Source of the DNA: an uncultured Desulfospira sp.
GTDB lineage: Bacteria; Desulfobacterota; Desulfobacteria; Desulfobacterales; Desulfobacteraceae
Assembly (NCBI GenBank): GCA_963663165.1
Contig: OY760175.1
Location: 5,248,001-5,312,000 of the forward strand
Direction of reading: 5' to 3'
DNA: 64,000 nucleotides
The notes under the pieces were generated by a model that saw nothing but the letters and a program-made list of their open reading frames with translations, did not search any database and was not told the origin of the DNA. Below are positions 51,877 to 61,587 of this stretch, piece after piece; the first letter of the stretch is position 1, and the number at the start of each line of letters is the position of its first letter. A program made the translations under genes and the position numbers.

Positions 51877-52922
51877 TGGCCGCTTGTCTTCCCCAGCCCG
51901 AAGTTATCGAAAGCGTCCAGGAAACGGCTTTTGACCGGTCCGGCATCGCCGGCATAAGTCCTGGCCTGCTCAATGTCCTTGAAACCGCGCAGAAAGTTTC
52001 AAAGTCAGATGCATCCGTATTAATTACCGGTGAAAGCGGCACCGGAAAGGAGTTGATTGCCCGCGCCATTCATGTAAACAGTTCCCGGAAACTTAACCCC
52101 ATGGTGGTGATTAACTGCGGGGCCATCCCGGGCGAACTGCTTGAAAGCGAGTTGTTCGGCCATGAAAAGGGGGCCTTCACCGGCGCACACCGGTCCAGAA
52201 CCGGCCGGTTTGAAATCGCAGATAAAGGGACGATTTTTCTTGATGAAATCGGGGATATGAGTCCGGACCTTCAGGTAAAGCTGCTGCGGGCGCTCCAGGA
52301 AAGGCGGTTTGAGCGGGTCGGGGGAAACCAGGTCATAGAGGTGGATATCCGGGTCATCTCAGCGACCAATAAAAATCTTGAGCTGGCCGTTGAACAGGGG
52401 GACTTTAGAGAAGATCTGTATTACCGGCTCAATGTGATCCCCATTCATATCCTGCCGTTGCGGGAAAGAAAAGAGGATATCATGCCCCTGGTGGACCATT
52501 TCCAGGAAAACCTTGAATCCCGTGTCCAGGGGTTTGAGGCCAAAGTGTTCTCCGGTGAGGCAGCCAGGGCCCTGGTCAACTATGACTGGCCCGGCAACAT
52601 AAGGGAACTTGAAAACCTGGTGGAACGGGTTTCCGTTCTGGTTGAAAAAAAACGGGTGGATGTTCTGGATCTGCCGGGGAATATAACCGGCTGTGCCATG
52701 GATTCGGGCGTATCCAATGTGGCCACGGTTTTTGAAAAGGGGATCGGGTTTAATGAGGCTGTAGAGCATTATCAGAAAACGCTGATTCTTCATGCGCTAA
52801 ATGAAACCAGCTGGGTAAAAGCGCGGGCAGCCCAGCTTCTAAAAATCAACAGGACCACTCTGGTCGAGAAAATTAAAAAGATGGACCTCGAACCCGAGTC
52901 AGATGAAATGCCTGTTTTTTAA
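51876..52922 (+). CDS. Sigma54 activator (FleQ/FlrA position) with no N-terminal regulatory domain
   Basis: [15 protein letters not shown]-terminal Fis-type HTH. Confidence 0.88.
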   Translation: MAACLPQPEVIESVQETAFDRSGIAGISPGLLNVLETAQKVSKSDASVLITGESGTGKELIARAIHVNSSRKLNPMVVINCGAIPGELLESELFGHEKGAFTGAHRSRTGRFEIADKGTIFLDEIGDMSPDLQVKLLRALQERRFERVGGNQVIEVDIRVISATNKNLELAVEQGDFREDLYYRLNVIPIHILPLRERKEDIMPLVDHFQENLESRVQGFEAKVFSGEAARALVNYDWPGNIRELENLVERVSVLVEKKRVDVLDLPGNITGCAMDSGVSNVATVFEKGIGFNEAVEHYQKTLILHALNETSWVKARAAQLLKINRTTLVEKIKKMDLEPESDEMPVF

Positions 52923-53030
52923 CCTTTTTTAGTTTTCCTGCCTTTTTTTGTATCGTCCTTCCTCTCCTGCTTTTATCTTTTTGTTTTAATAAAACCGGCC
53001 GGCCACCCGATAAGACATAACAGAAAATGA

Positions 53031-53115
53031 AAGCCGTTAGCCGTTAGCTTTTAGCCATAAGGACTAACAACCATTCGTTAACGGCTAACAGCTAACAGCT
53101 AATAGCTAATAGCTT
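53031..53115. repeat. GCTAACA heptamer hairpin
   Basis: (CCGTTAG)n ... (GCTAACA/GCTAATA)n. Confidence 0.75.
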
Positions 53116-53121
53116 TCTTGG

Positions 53122-53138
53122 TTGGCATATATTTTGCT
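53122..53138 (+). promoter_or_regulatory. Sigma54 promoter (-24/-12)
   Basis: TTGGCATATATTTTGCT, GG-N10-GC. Confidence 0.8.
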
Positions 53139-53205
53139 TAATTTTTCTTTGAACTTGTTTTAACAGTTGGTTTTCCGTCAATGGAAGGTTAACAGGCGCC
53201 CCTGA

Positions 53206-55926
53206 ATGGGCACCGGAAATCAATTCATAGGAAAAGGCATGATGGGAAAGTTGAATTTATACAGATTTTCACTGGAATTAATCGGGGCTCTGATCCTGGG
53301 GGTGATCCTCATGGCGCCCGAGTCTGCCGCTGCTGCCAAGGTCCATGTAAAAGAAATCCAAATTCATGAAAATCCGTTTTCCATCGAGTTTTCAATGACA
53401 GGCCAGGTGCCGGTCAAGGTGATCCAGATTGAAGATACAGAAGTCCTGGTCGCCTTGAAAAATACAGCCATTCCCAAAGATTTAAAAGTTAAAGGAAAAA
53501 ATTCAAAGGCCGTTAAAGAAATCAGCATTGAGGAGCTTGACGGCAACGTAGCGGCCATGGTGCTCAAGGCATCACGGCCTTTTAAGCACGTGAACTCAAC
53601 CTTTGACAAAACCGGCTCACGCCTGATTGTGGCTTTGGATGCCAAAGCAGAAACCATCAACATTCCGCCACAGCCCCCAATAGAGGGACAGCCCGCAGCC
53701 GCACCGCCGGCATCACAGTCCGGGCCAGAGCCTCCCCCTGCCACCCCGGCCTATGAAGCGTCTGTGCCGGAAAAGCAGCTGGAACCGGCACCGGCACCTG
53801 CGCCGGAACCTAAACCGCCAGAAGATGAATCCGATTCCGACCCTGAACCGGCCCCTGATCCGGAGCCGACAGCCATGCCCCCTGTTGCTGCCGCCCCGGC
53901 AGCCATGCCGCCAAAGACCGTAAAAGAACCCCCGACGGCCGATAAAAGCGTCAAAATGCCGACGGCTGTCACCTATGTGCCGCCAAAAAGAGAAAAAAGT
54001 GAGTTCACAGGGGACATCAGTGACATTTACCGGGTCATTGCCCGGATGAAGTGCGATTCACCCATTATTCAAAAAACCATTGTCCTGATCAATAAAGACC
54101 AGTATCAAAAGGCCTATGAAGGTCTTGACCATTATGTCCTCCAGGACAATCTGGGATGTATTGAACAGGTTTCTTTTTTAAAGGCATTTGTCTATTATAA
54201 AAGCCTGGACAAAAAGGATTCCAAGGGCCTGCTGGAGGCAGCCCGGATGTTCCAGGAAGCCTTGATCACCTACCCGGGATCTGCCCTGGTTCCCTTTGGC
54301 TATGCCTCTATTGGAATGATTCATACGGCCCTGGGCAACGTATCCCTGGCCGAAGGGTATTTTGACATTGTCCGGCAGGGGTATGAGGCGTATTCGGGCA
54401 TGCCCGAAGTCCTGTACCACCTGGCAAAAGGGTATGAAGAAAAGGGATATACGGATAAGTCCCTCAGATACTATCAGATGGTTTTTGAATCTGAAAAAGA
54501 AAACAGCTATATCCCGGATGCGGGATTCGGATATGGAAAGGCCCTTTTTGAAAAACAGCAGTTTTTCAATGCCCTGGCCATCTTTAATTATCTGGTCAAG
54601 TTGAATGTCAAGCAGATATACGCATCTCCCGAACTGCTGCTCAAGATCGGGGACGCCAACCTTAAACTGAGCATGAGCCGGGAGGCGAGGGACAGCTATG
54701 TCAGGGCCATGAACCTGTTTCCTGATCTTCCGGACAAGGATCTCATTATCAGCCATATCGGGGATACCTACGGCCTTGAGGACAACCCGGATAAAGCCAT
54801 TAAATTTTATGAACTGGTCCGGCAGACGTATCCCGGGACCCCGGGGTATATCAAGGCCTCCATCGGCATCGCCCGGTATCTGGATACCGATGAGAAGAAA
54901 ATTGAGATCTATGAAATGATAAAAACCCAGTTCCCGGATAATACCTACGCCCGGATTGCCATGATGAGACTGGCTGAAATCTATCAGAAAAACGGGGAAC
55001 ACGATAAGTGTATCAAGGAAATTGAAGACCTGTTGTCCACTCATCCGAGAGGCTTGCGGTATGAGGCGGTCAAGCTCATGCAAAAGGCCTATGAAGAACT
55101 GTTTAAAAAGCAGATGAAAGAGGACGGGTATACCGATGTCCTGAGGCGGTATGAATCCGAATATGTGAGGCTCAACCGGATGGAATCCCGGAACATTGAA
55201 TTCAGTGTCGGGATGGCCTATCTGACAGCCGGACTCTATGAGCAGGCATTTAATCATTTGATTAATGCCTATAAACAGTATAAAAGATCAGAGAGGTCTC
55301 CTGAATTGCTTTTCGGGTTGGGCCTGGCCATGGATGAGTCGGGCAGGGATGCGGACGCATTAAAATTATTTTCCGGATTTTCAAAACGGTTCCCCAAAGA
55401 CAAGAGGCTTTCAAAGGCCCAAATTCGGATGGGAAAGATCTATCTGGAAAAGTCTGATTTCAAACATTCAGACATCAGCTTTAAAGCGGCTTATGCCGCA
55501 TCACAGGACAGCCTTGAAAAAGGGCGGATCCGCCTGTGGCATGCCCAAGGATTTGAACAGAATAAAGACTTAAAAAGGGCGGCAGAACTCAAAGTCCTGG
55601 CCATAAAAGATTTTGCGGCCGCTCCCGGAAACAATTACCAGGCCCTGGCCGATGCCTATCTGACCCTGGGCGATACCTATGTGGTCCTTGGCAGTTATGT
55701 CCAGGCCGCAGACGCATTTTCAAAGGCCTTAAGCTTTTCTTCTGAGGATAAAGACAGGGCCAGCATCGGGTTCTTCCTGGGGGATGCCTACCAGAAAGGC
55801 AATATTCTGGATAAGGCCCAAGAGGCCTATGAACAGGTGGTGCAAAATTATGACTCTGTGTGGGCCAGGCTGGCAAGGCAGCGCTTGTCCACCCTGGAGC
55901 TTGCAAAGCGTGTACAAAACTCCTGA
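53206..55926 (+). CDS. Large exported TPR protein with Pro-rich linker (flagellar cluster)
   Basis: Signal peptide, beta-rich N-domain, PEP/PAP linker, many TPR units; start uncertain. Confidence 0.85.
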   Translation: MGTGNQFIGKGMMGKLNLYRFSLELIGALILGVILMAPESAAAAKVHVKEIQIHENPFSIEFSMTGQVPVKVIQIEDTEVLVALKNTAIPKDLKVKGKNSKAVKEISIEELDGNVAAMVLKASRPFKHVNSTFDKTGSRLIVALDAKAETINIPPQPPIEGQPAAAPPASQSGPEPPPATPAYEASVPEKQLEPAPAPAPEPKPPEDESDSDPEPAPDPEPTAMPPVAAAPAAMPPKTVKEPPTADKSVKMPTAVTYVPPKREKSEFTGDISDIYRVIARMKCDSPIIQKTIVLINKDQYQKAYEGLDHYVLQDNLGCIEQVSFLKAFVYYKSLDKKDSKGLLEAARMFQEALITYPGSALVPFGYASIGMIHTALGNVSLAEGYFDIVRQGYEAYSGMPEVLYHLAKGYEEKGYTDKSLRYYQMVFESEKENSYIPDAGFGYGKALFEKQQFFNALAIFNYLVKLNVKQIYASPELLLKIGDANLKLSMSREARDSYVRAMNLFPDLPDKDLIISHIGDTYGLEDNPDKAIKFYELVRQTYPGTPGYIKASIGIARYLDTDEKKIEIYEMIKTQFPDNTYARIAMMRLAEIYQKNGEHDKCIKEIEDLLSTHPRGLRYEAVKLMQKAYEELFKKQMKEDGYTDVLRRYESEYVRLNRMESRNIEFSVGMAYLTAGLYEQAFNHLINAYKQYKRSERSPELLFGLGLAMDESGRDADALKLFSGFSKRFPKDKRLSKAQIRMGKIYLEKSDFKHSDISFKAAYAASQDSLEKGRIRLWHAQGFEQNKDLKRAAELKVLAIKDFAAAPGNNYQALADAYLTLGDTYVVLGSYVQAADAFSKALSFSSEDKDRASIGFFLGDAYQKGNILDKAQEAYEQVVQNYDSVWARLARQRLSTLELAKRVQNS

Positions 55927-55946
55927 ACTTTGGAAATGACGTTATA

Positions 55947-57308
55947 GTGCCGGGACATCGAATTTTCATTATACTGGAAGATCCCAAAGAACGCATCCGG
56001 TTTACCGAAATGTTCGAGGGTTTGGGCTTTCTGGTTGATGCTGTGCCTGAAGGCAGCCAGGCCATAGAATATCTGACTGAAAACAAACCCGATGTGGTTC
56101 TGGCCGACGAGACCACCCCTGATTTTTTTGCCATTGAATTCTTAAAGCAGTCCATTAAACTCCTTCCCGACTGCCGGACCATTATTCTCACCTCTCATCC
56201 CGAAGTAGACCATGCCGTCAATTTGATCAAAACCGGGGCCTTAGATTACCTGATCAAGCCCGTTGATATCCGCCAGATTGAATTGAGCGTCCGGCGGGCT
56301 TTGCTCATGGGGAAAAAAAATGAGGACCCCCGGGAAAAGGGCAAAAAAAAGAAAACCCCGGACATTATAACGGAAAACCCGGGCATGAAAGCGTTGTTAA
56401 AGCTGTCCCAGAGAATTGCCGATTCCACGGCGTCTGTCCTGATTCAGGGGGAAAGCGGCACGGGAAAGGAACTTTTTGCCCGGTTCATCCATGAAAAAAG
56501 TGCCAGAAAGTCCCAACCCTTTGTGGCGGTCAACTGTGCGGCCCTGCCGGAAAACCTGCTGGAAAGCGAATTGTTCGGCCATGAAAAAGGGGCGTTTACC
56601 GGCGCCATTTCCCGGAAAATCGGAAAATTTGAACTGGCCCATAAAGGGTCTTTGTTTCTTGACGAGATTACGGAGATGCAGTTTCACCTCCAGGCCAAGC
56701 TGCTGCGGGTCCTCCAGGAAAGGGTGGTGGACCGGGTGGGCGGTACCCAGCCCGTAGAGGTGGATGTAAGGGTGATTGCCACCACCAACCGGAACCCCAA
56801 AGAAGCTGTTGAAAACGGGGACTTCAGGGAAGATCTGTTTTACCGTCTGAGTACCATCCCGCTGGTCATCCCGCCCTTAAGGGACCGGGCCGGGGACCTG
56901 GAACCCCTGTGCCGTTTTTTCATTAAAAAATACAGCCGGATTGACGGCCGGGATGTCAAGGGAATGACGCCCGGGGCCTTATCTGTCCTCTCCTCTCATT
57001 TATTTTCCGGCAATGTCAGGGAACTTGAAAATATCATTCACCGGGCCGTTCTTTTGGCGGAATCTGCCATGATTGAACCCGCTGATCTCATGATGGATGA
57101 TATTATTCCAAGGCCTGAAGCGGCCTCTCTTGACGGGGATTTTGCCCATTCTCCCCTTGCTGCGGGCTCCTTGCGGGAAATGGAGCAAAAGATGATCTTC
57201 AGCGCCTTAGACCAGACCGAGGGCAACCGGACCCATGCGGCAAAAATCCTTGGCATCAGTGTCAGAACCCTCCGCAACAAGCTCAACGAGTACAAAGAAA
57301 ACTTCTGA
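55947..57308 (+). CDS. Sigma54-dependent response regulator (FleR/FlrC-like)
   Basis: Atypical [33 protein letters not shown] start inferred. Confidence 0.88.
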   Translation: MPGHRIFIILEDPKERIRFTEMFEGLGFLVDAVPEGSQAIEYLTENKPDVVLADETTPDFFAIEFLKQSIKLLPDCRTIILTSHPEVDHAVNLIKTGALDYLIKPVDIRQIELSVRRALLMGKKNEDPREKGKKKKTPDIITENPGMKALLKLSQRIADSTASVLIQGESGTGKELFARFIHEKSARKSQPFVAVNCAALPENLLESELFGHEKGAFTGAISRKIGKFELAHKGSLFLDEITEMQFHLQAKLLRVLQERVVDRVGGTQPVEVDVRVIATTNRNPKEAVENGDFREDLFYRLSTIPLVIPPLRDRAGDLEPLCRFFIKKYSRIDGRDVKGMTPGALSVLSSHLFSGNVRELENIIHRAVLLAESAMIEPADLMMDDIIPRPEAASLDGDFAHSPLAAGSLREMEQKMIFSALDQTEGNRTHAAKILGISVRTLRNKLNEYKENF

Positions 57309-57315
57309 TCTTTTT

Positions 57316-57332
57316 TCGGCATACAATTTGCT
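57316..57332 (+). promoter_or_regulatory. Sigma54 promoter upstream of flgB
   Basis: TCGGCATACAATTTGCT, GG-N10-GC. Confidence 0.7.
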
Positions 57333-57485
57333 TCTATTGGTTACAGGGTTGAAAATAACCCGGTTTTGACAACCTGTAACCGGACACCGAAACATCAATT
57401 TCAACCCCTGTAATTAATCTGGAAGATTTCGCGTTTTCCAGGACAGCCCCAAAAGCAACCATCCGTTTTATACCAAGGGGGAAAC

Positions 57486-57896
57486 ATGGCGGATTCAAGA
57501 ATTTTCGGACATACCCATGAGATGATGGGAAAGGCCCTGGACATATCGGCCCGGCGCCACAATCTGATTTCCGGCAACATCGCCAATATGGATACCATTG
57601 GCTACACACCGTCGGATCTGGACTTTGACCGGACCCTGGCCCAAGCCATGGCGGAAAAAGAACCGGATTATCTGGCCAAAACCCATGAAAAACATCTGTC
57701 CATGAACGGCGAGGACAGTTTCTCCATGAACGGGGAAGACAGTGAAGCGGTGGATATCTACCATCTGGACTCTGTGAATATTGATACTGAAATGATGAAC
57801 CTGATGCAGAACAACATCAAGTACCAGACCACCACCGAGTTGCTGCTTCGAAAGATGAATTTACTCAATTATGCCATAGATGAGGGGGGTAAATAA
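57486..57896 (+). CDS. flgB: Flagellar basal-body rod protein FlgB
   Basis: NIANMDT, VNIDTEM, gene order. Confidence 0.92.
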   Translation: MADSRIFGHTHEMMGKALDISARRHNLISGNIANMDTIGYTPSDLDFDRTLAQAMAEKEPDYLAKTHEKHLSMNGEDSFSMNGEDSEAVDIYHLDSVNIDTEMMNLMQNNIKYQTTTELLLRKMNLLNYAIDEGGK

Positions 57897-57898
57897 CC

Positions 57899-58396
57899 GT
57901 GGATCTGATCAACGCTTCCAAAATCAGCGGAACCGCCTTAGCGGCCCATCGGTACAAACTCAATGTAATTGCTGAAAACCTGGCCAATGTGGATACCACC
58001 CGGACCGAAGAGGGCGGCCCTTACCGGCGCAAAATGGTTATTTTCAAAGGCGATGATATTGAGTCCTTTAAAAGTGTCATTGAAAAGAAACAGGAAAAAA
58101 AGGCCACCATGGGCATTGAATTCAGCCCCATTGAATTTGATTCAGACAAAAAAGAGGACAGGGGCACCGGGGTAAAGGTGGACCAGGTGGTTCGGTCCCA
58201 GGAAGATTTCCGGCTGGTGTATGAACCGTCCCACCCTGATGCCGACCCGGACACCGGATACGTGAGAATGCCCAATGTGGACCATTTAACCGAAATTGCC
58301 GACATGATGGTGGCCCGGCGAAGCTATGAAGCCAGCATTACGGCCTTGTCCACCACCAAGGATATGATATCAAAGGCCCTGGAAATTGGTAAATAA
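57899..58396 (+). CDS. flgC: Flagellar basal-body rod protein FlgC
   Basis: ENLANVDTT, GPYRRK, HPDAD, MPNV. Confidence 0.95.
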   Translation: MDLINASKISGTALAAHRYKLNVIAENLANVDTTRTEEGGPYRRKMVIFKGDDIESFKSVIEKKQEKKATMGIEFSPIEFDSDKKEDRGTGVKVDQVVRSQEDFRLVYEPSHPDADPDTGYVRMPNVDHLTEIADMMVARRSYEASITALSTTKDMISKALEIGK

Positions 58397-58398
58397 TG

Positions 58399-58473
58399 CT
58401 GTTTGAACGACAATTCACCCATCTGCGGACCGACTTTGAATAATTTGCATCCGGCAAATTCTCACTCAAACAG
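58399..58473 (+). repeat. Structured repeat family B, internally deleted copy
   Basis: CTGTTTGAACG..TCACCCATCTGC...TTGCATC..CAAACAG. Confidence 0.6.
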
Positions 58474-58523
58474 AGGACCGTATAACTTTTAGATGGTTTA
58501 AGGATATAGCAAGGAGGAAAAAT

Positions 58524-58814
58524 ATGGATGTCAACGGTGTACAGGGAAAAATTTCTTTAAAGACAGAGCCGGTGGCCACCCGGGTTGAACGGCGTAATCC
58601 CGAGTTCTTTAACCGGCTTAAGGCCGCGGTCTTAGATGTCAACGACAAACAGCACATTGCCGATGATTCAGCCGAGGCGGTGATCAAAGGCGAAATGGGC
58701 ATCCATGAAGGCATGATGGCCATGGGCAGGGCCGACACCAATCTAAGGCTTTTGGCCCAGGTCAGAAATAAGGCCATGGACGCCTACAGCGAAATCATCC
58801 GGATGCAGGTATAA
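58524..58814 (+). CDS. fliE: Flagellar hook-basal body protein FliE
   Basis: QVRNKAMDAYSEIIRMQV. Confidence 0.93.
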   Translation: MDVNGVQGKISLKTEPVATRVERRNPEFFNRLKAAVLDVNDKQHIADDSAEAVIKGEMGIHEGMMAMGRADTNLRLLAQVRNKAMDAYSEIIRMQV

Positions 58815-58861
58815 GCAAATTACAGGGCAACAGGCTGTAAAATGGAGCATAGATTAAGGTC

Positions 58862-60571
58862 ATGAATCCCGTCATAGAAAAAATTATCACCATGGTCAAG
58901 GAGTTGTCCATGGTCCGGAAGGTCGGCCTCGGGCTTCTGGTCCTGGTCCTTATCGCCGGATTCACCACCATGTTTATCTGGGCCAATAAGACCAAGTTCC
59001 GGGCCGCTTATTCGGGACTCTCCAAGGAAGATGCCGCCGCCGTGGTGGCCAAGCTCAAGGAATCCAATACCCCCTACCGCCTGGAAGGAGACGGGACCAC
59101 CATCATGGTGCCTGACAAGGTGGTGTATGATGTGAGGCTGGCCATGGCCGGGGAGGGTATCCCTAAAGGCGGGGGCGTGGGGTACGAGATTTTTGATAAA
59201 AACGAATTTGGCACCACGGAGTTTGTCCAGAAGATCAATAAGATCAGGGCCCTGCAAGGAGAGCTGGCCCGGACCATTTCCGCTTTTGATGAGGTCAACA
59301 ATGCCCGGGTCATGATTGTCCTGCCCAAGGAGTCGGTCTTTGTGGAGGAAACCAAACAGCCCTCGGCCTCCATTCTCCTGGAGCTCAACTCGGACCTGGA
59401 TAAGGGAAAAGTGACCTCCATTGCCCACCTGGTGGCAGGATCGGTCCAGGACCTGACCCCGAAGCTGGTGACCATAGTGGACACCACGGGCAGAATCCTT
59501 TTTGAAGGAAAGTCTGAAGAAGAACAGGCCAAAATTGATGCCAAAAACCTGGCCGATACCCAGTACCAGTACAAGGTCCGGTTTGAAGAGAACCTGACCC
59601 GCCGGATCCAGACCATGCTTGAACGGATCGTGGGAAAGGACAAGGCCATTGTTCGGGTCAATTCTGAAATGGATTTTTCCAAAAAAAGCCTGAATGAAGA
59701 AATATACGATCCCCTGGAGCGGGGGGGCGAATTTATCCGCAGCCGGAAAAACCGGGCGGAAAAAGTGGTCCAGGTCACCGAAGATATGGCGATTCCCTCC
59801 AGTGTCAATCCCATCACCGATGAAAATGCACAAGACCAGTCCAACGAAAAAATCAATAAAAGCGATGATACGGTCAACTATGAGATCTCAAAGCAGATCA
59901 TGGCGGTAAGCAAACCCATGGCCGAATTAAAACGGGTCTCCGTGGCTGCGGTCATTGACGGCAAATACGAATACCAGACCGATGAGGCGGGAAATGCCAA
60001 AAAGGTGTATCAGCCAAGGTCTGCCGAAGAGATGAAGCAGTTTGAGAATATTGTGGCCAAGGCCATGGGATTCAACGAGGAACGAAGCGACCAGGTGTCC
60101 ATGGAATGCTTTCCCTTTGCGTCCATTGATGATCTGGCCCAGGCCCAGCCTTCCATTACGGGCTGGAGAATGGTACAAAAGGAATATGGCCGGCTGATTG
60201 CCAACCTCCTGCTGGTTCTGGTCCTGTTCCTTTTTGTGATCCGGCCTGTGATAAAAACCGTAAAAGATATCAAGAGTACGGTGGAACAAGAGGCCCTGCC
60301 AAGTCCTGAAGAACTGGCCCTGCTGGAAGAAGAGGCGGCACCCCCGAAATTTGAAGAAATGGATGCATCCCAGCAAAAAGAATACCTGGATCTGATGCCC
60401 GTAGACCAGCGCGAAGAGTTCATCCAGAAAATGACCCCGGCTGAGCGGGCTGCCTATATTGCCAACCTGACGGTCAATGAAAAGGCGAAATATTATGCCA
60501 ACCAGGATTTTGACAGAACCATCAATATCATCAAAAGCTGGGTCAGCGATTTTGACTCAGAAGAGGATTAG
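58862..60571 (+). CDS. fliF: Flagellar M-ring protein FliF
   Basis: GYEIFD, RALQGELARTI, PSASI, two TM helices. Confidence 0.95.
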   Translation: MNPVIEKIITMVKELSMVRKVGLGLLVLVLIAGFTTMFIWANKTKFRAAYSGLSKEDAAAVVAKLKESNTPYRLEGDGTTIMVPDKVVYDVRLAMAGEGIPKGGGVGYEIFDKNEFGTTEFVQKINKIRALQGELARTISAFDEVNNARVMIVLPKESVFVEETKQPSASILLELNSDLDKGKVTSIAHLVAGSVQDLTPKLVTIVDTTGRILFEGKSEEEQAKIDAKNLADTQYQYKVRFEENLTRRIQTMLERIVGKDKAIVRVNSEMDFSKKSLNEEIYDPLERGGEFIRSRKNRAEKVVQVTEDMAIPSSVNPITDENAQDQSNEKINKSDDTVNYEISKQIMAVSKPMAELKRVSVAAVIDGKYEYQTDEAGNAKKVYQPRSAEEMKQFENIVAKAMGFNEERSDQVSMECFPFASIDDLAQAQPSITGWRMVQKEYGRLIANLLLVLVLFLFVIRPVIKTVKDIKSTVEQEALPSPEELALLEEEAAPPKFEEMDASQQKEYLDLMPVDQREEFIQKMTPAERAAYIANLTVNEKAKYYANQDFDRTINIIKSWVSDFDSEED

Positions 60572-60573
60572 CC

Positions 60574-61587
60574 ATGGCAGAATCAATTGACCCCAAAAAA
60601 ATGACGGGCACCATGAAAGCGGCCATTTTCCTAATGCTTATGGGGGAAAAGTATACCACCCGGGTATTTGAGAAAATGAGCGAGCAGGATATTGCCGAAA
60701 TCGCCTTTGAAATGTCCAAGGTGGATCACATCACTCCGGAAATCATCAAGGCCGTTTCCGGGGACTTTGTGGTGAATTTTGAAGGTGAAACCCGGATGAT
60801 TGTGGAAGGAGACTCCTTCATTAAGAATGTCGTATCCAAGACCCTGAAGGATGCCCAGGCCAAAGCCATCTTAGAAGACCTTGAAAAAAAGAAACAGGAC
60901 AAGCCCTTTATCTGGAGCCGGAATGTCAATGTGGGAACCCTGGCAAGCTATGTGGAAGGGGAGCATCCCCAGACCATTGCCATGATTTTGGCCCATATGC
61001 CCGCTGAAATATCCTCTGAAATCATGATGAACCTTCCCGAGGAGCGCAAAGGGGATATTGCCCTGCGCCTGGCCCGCCTGGGGCAGATTTCCGAGGATGT
61101 GGTCCGGGATGTGGACCGGGCCCTTAAGATGGAACTGAGCGGGGCCGTGGGTCCCGGCGGCAAGGCCGGCGGTATTGAAGTTCTGGTGAATATCATTAAC
61201 GGGGTGGACAAGGCCACTGAAGACGCGGTCATGGAATTCCTTGAAGAAGATGATGCGGAAATGGCCAACGAGATCAGAAAACTCATGTTTGTCTTTGAAG
61301 ATCTGTGCAATGTGGATGATACGGCCATGAGGGAGATCCTGAAGAAGGTTGAAGGACAGCAGCTGACCTATGCATTGAAGACCGCCACGGACGATATGAG
61401 GGAAAAGATCTTCTCCAACCTGTCCCAGCGGGCCGGTGAGATGCTCAAAGACGATCTCGAGGCCATGGGTCCGGTACGCTTGACAGAGGTTGAAGAGGCC
61501 CAGCAGGCCGTCGTCAGGGCGGCCAAGGAACTGGAAGCCGAAGGCACCATCACCCTTGGGAAAGGAAAAGACGATGTCCTTGTCTGA
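60574..61587 (+). CDS. fliG: Flagellar motor switch protein FliG
   Basis: EHPQ, GG, MFVFEDL, GPVR. Confidence 0.96.
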   Translation: MAESIDPKKMTGTMKAAIFLMLMGEKYTTRVFEKMSEQDIAEIAFEMSKVDHITPEIIKAVSGDFVVNFEGETRMIVEGDSFIKNVVSKTLKDAQAKAILEDLEKKKQDKPFIWSRNVNVGTLASYVEGEHPQTIAMILAHMPAEISSEIMMNLPEERKGDIALRLARLGQISEDVVRDVDRALKMELSGAVGPGGKAGGIEVLVNIINGVDKATEDAVMEFLEEDDAEMANEIRKLMFVFEDLCNVDDTAMREILKKVEGQQLTYALKTATDDMREKIFSNLSQRAGEMLKDDLEAMGPVRLTEVEEAQQAVVRAAKELEAEGTITLGKGKDDVLV

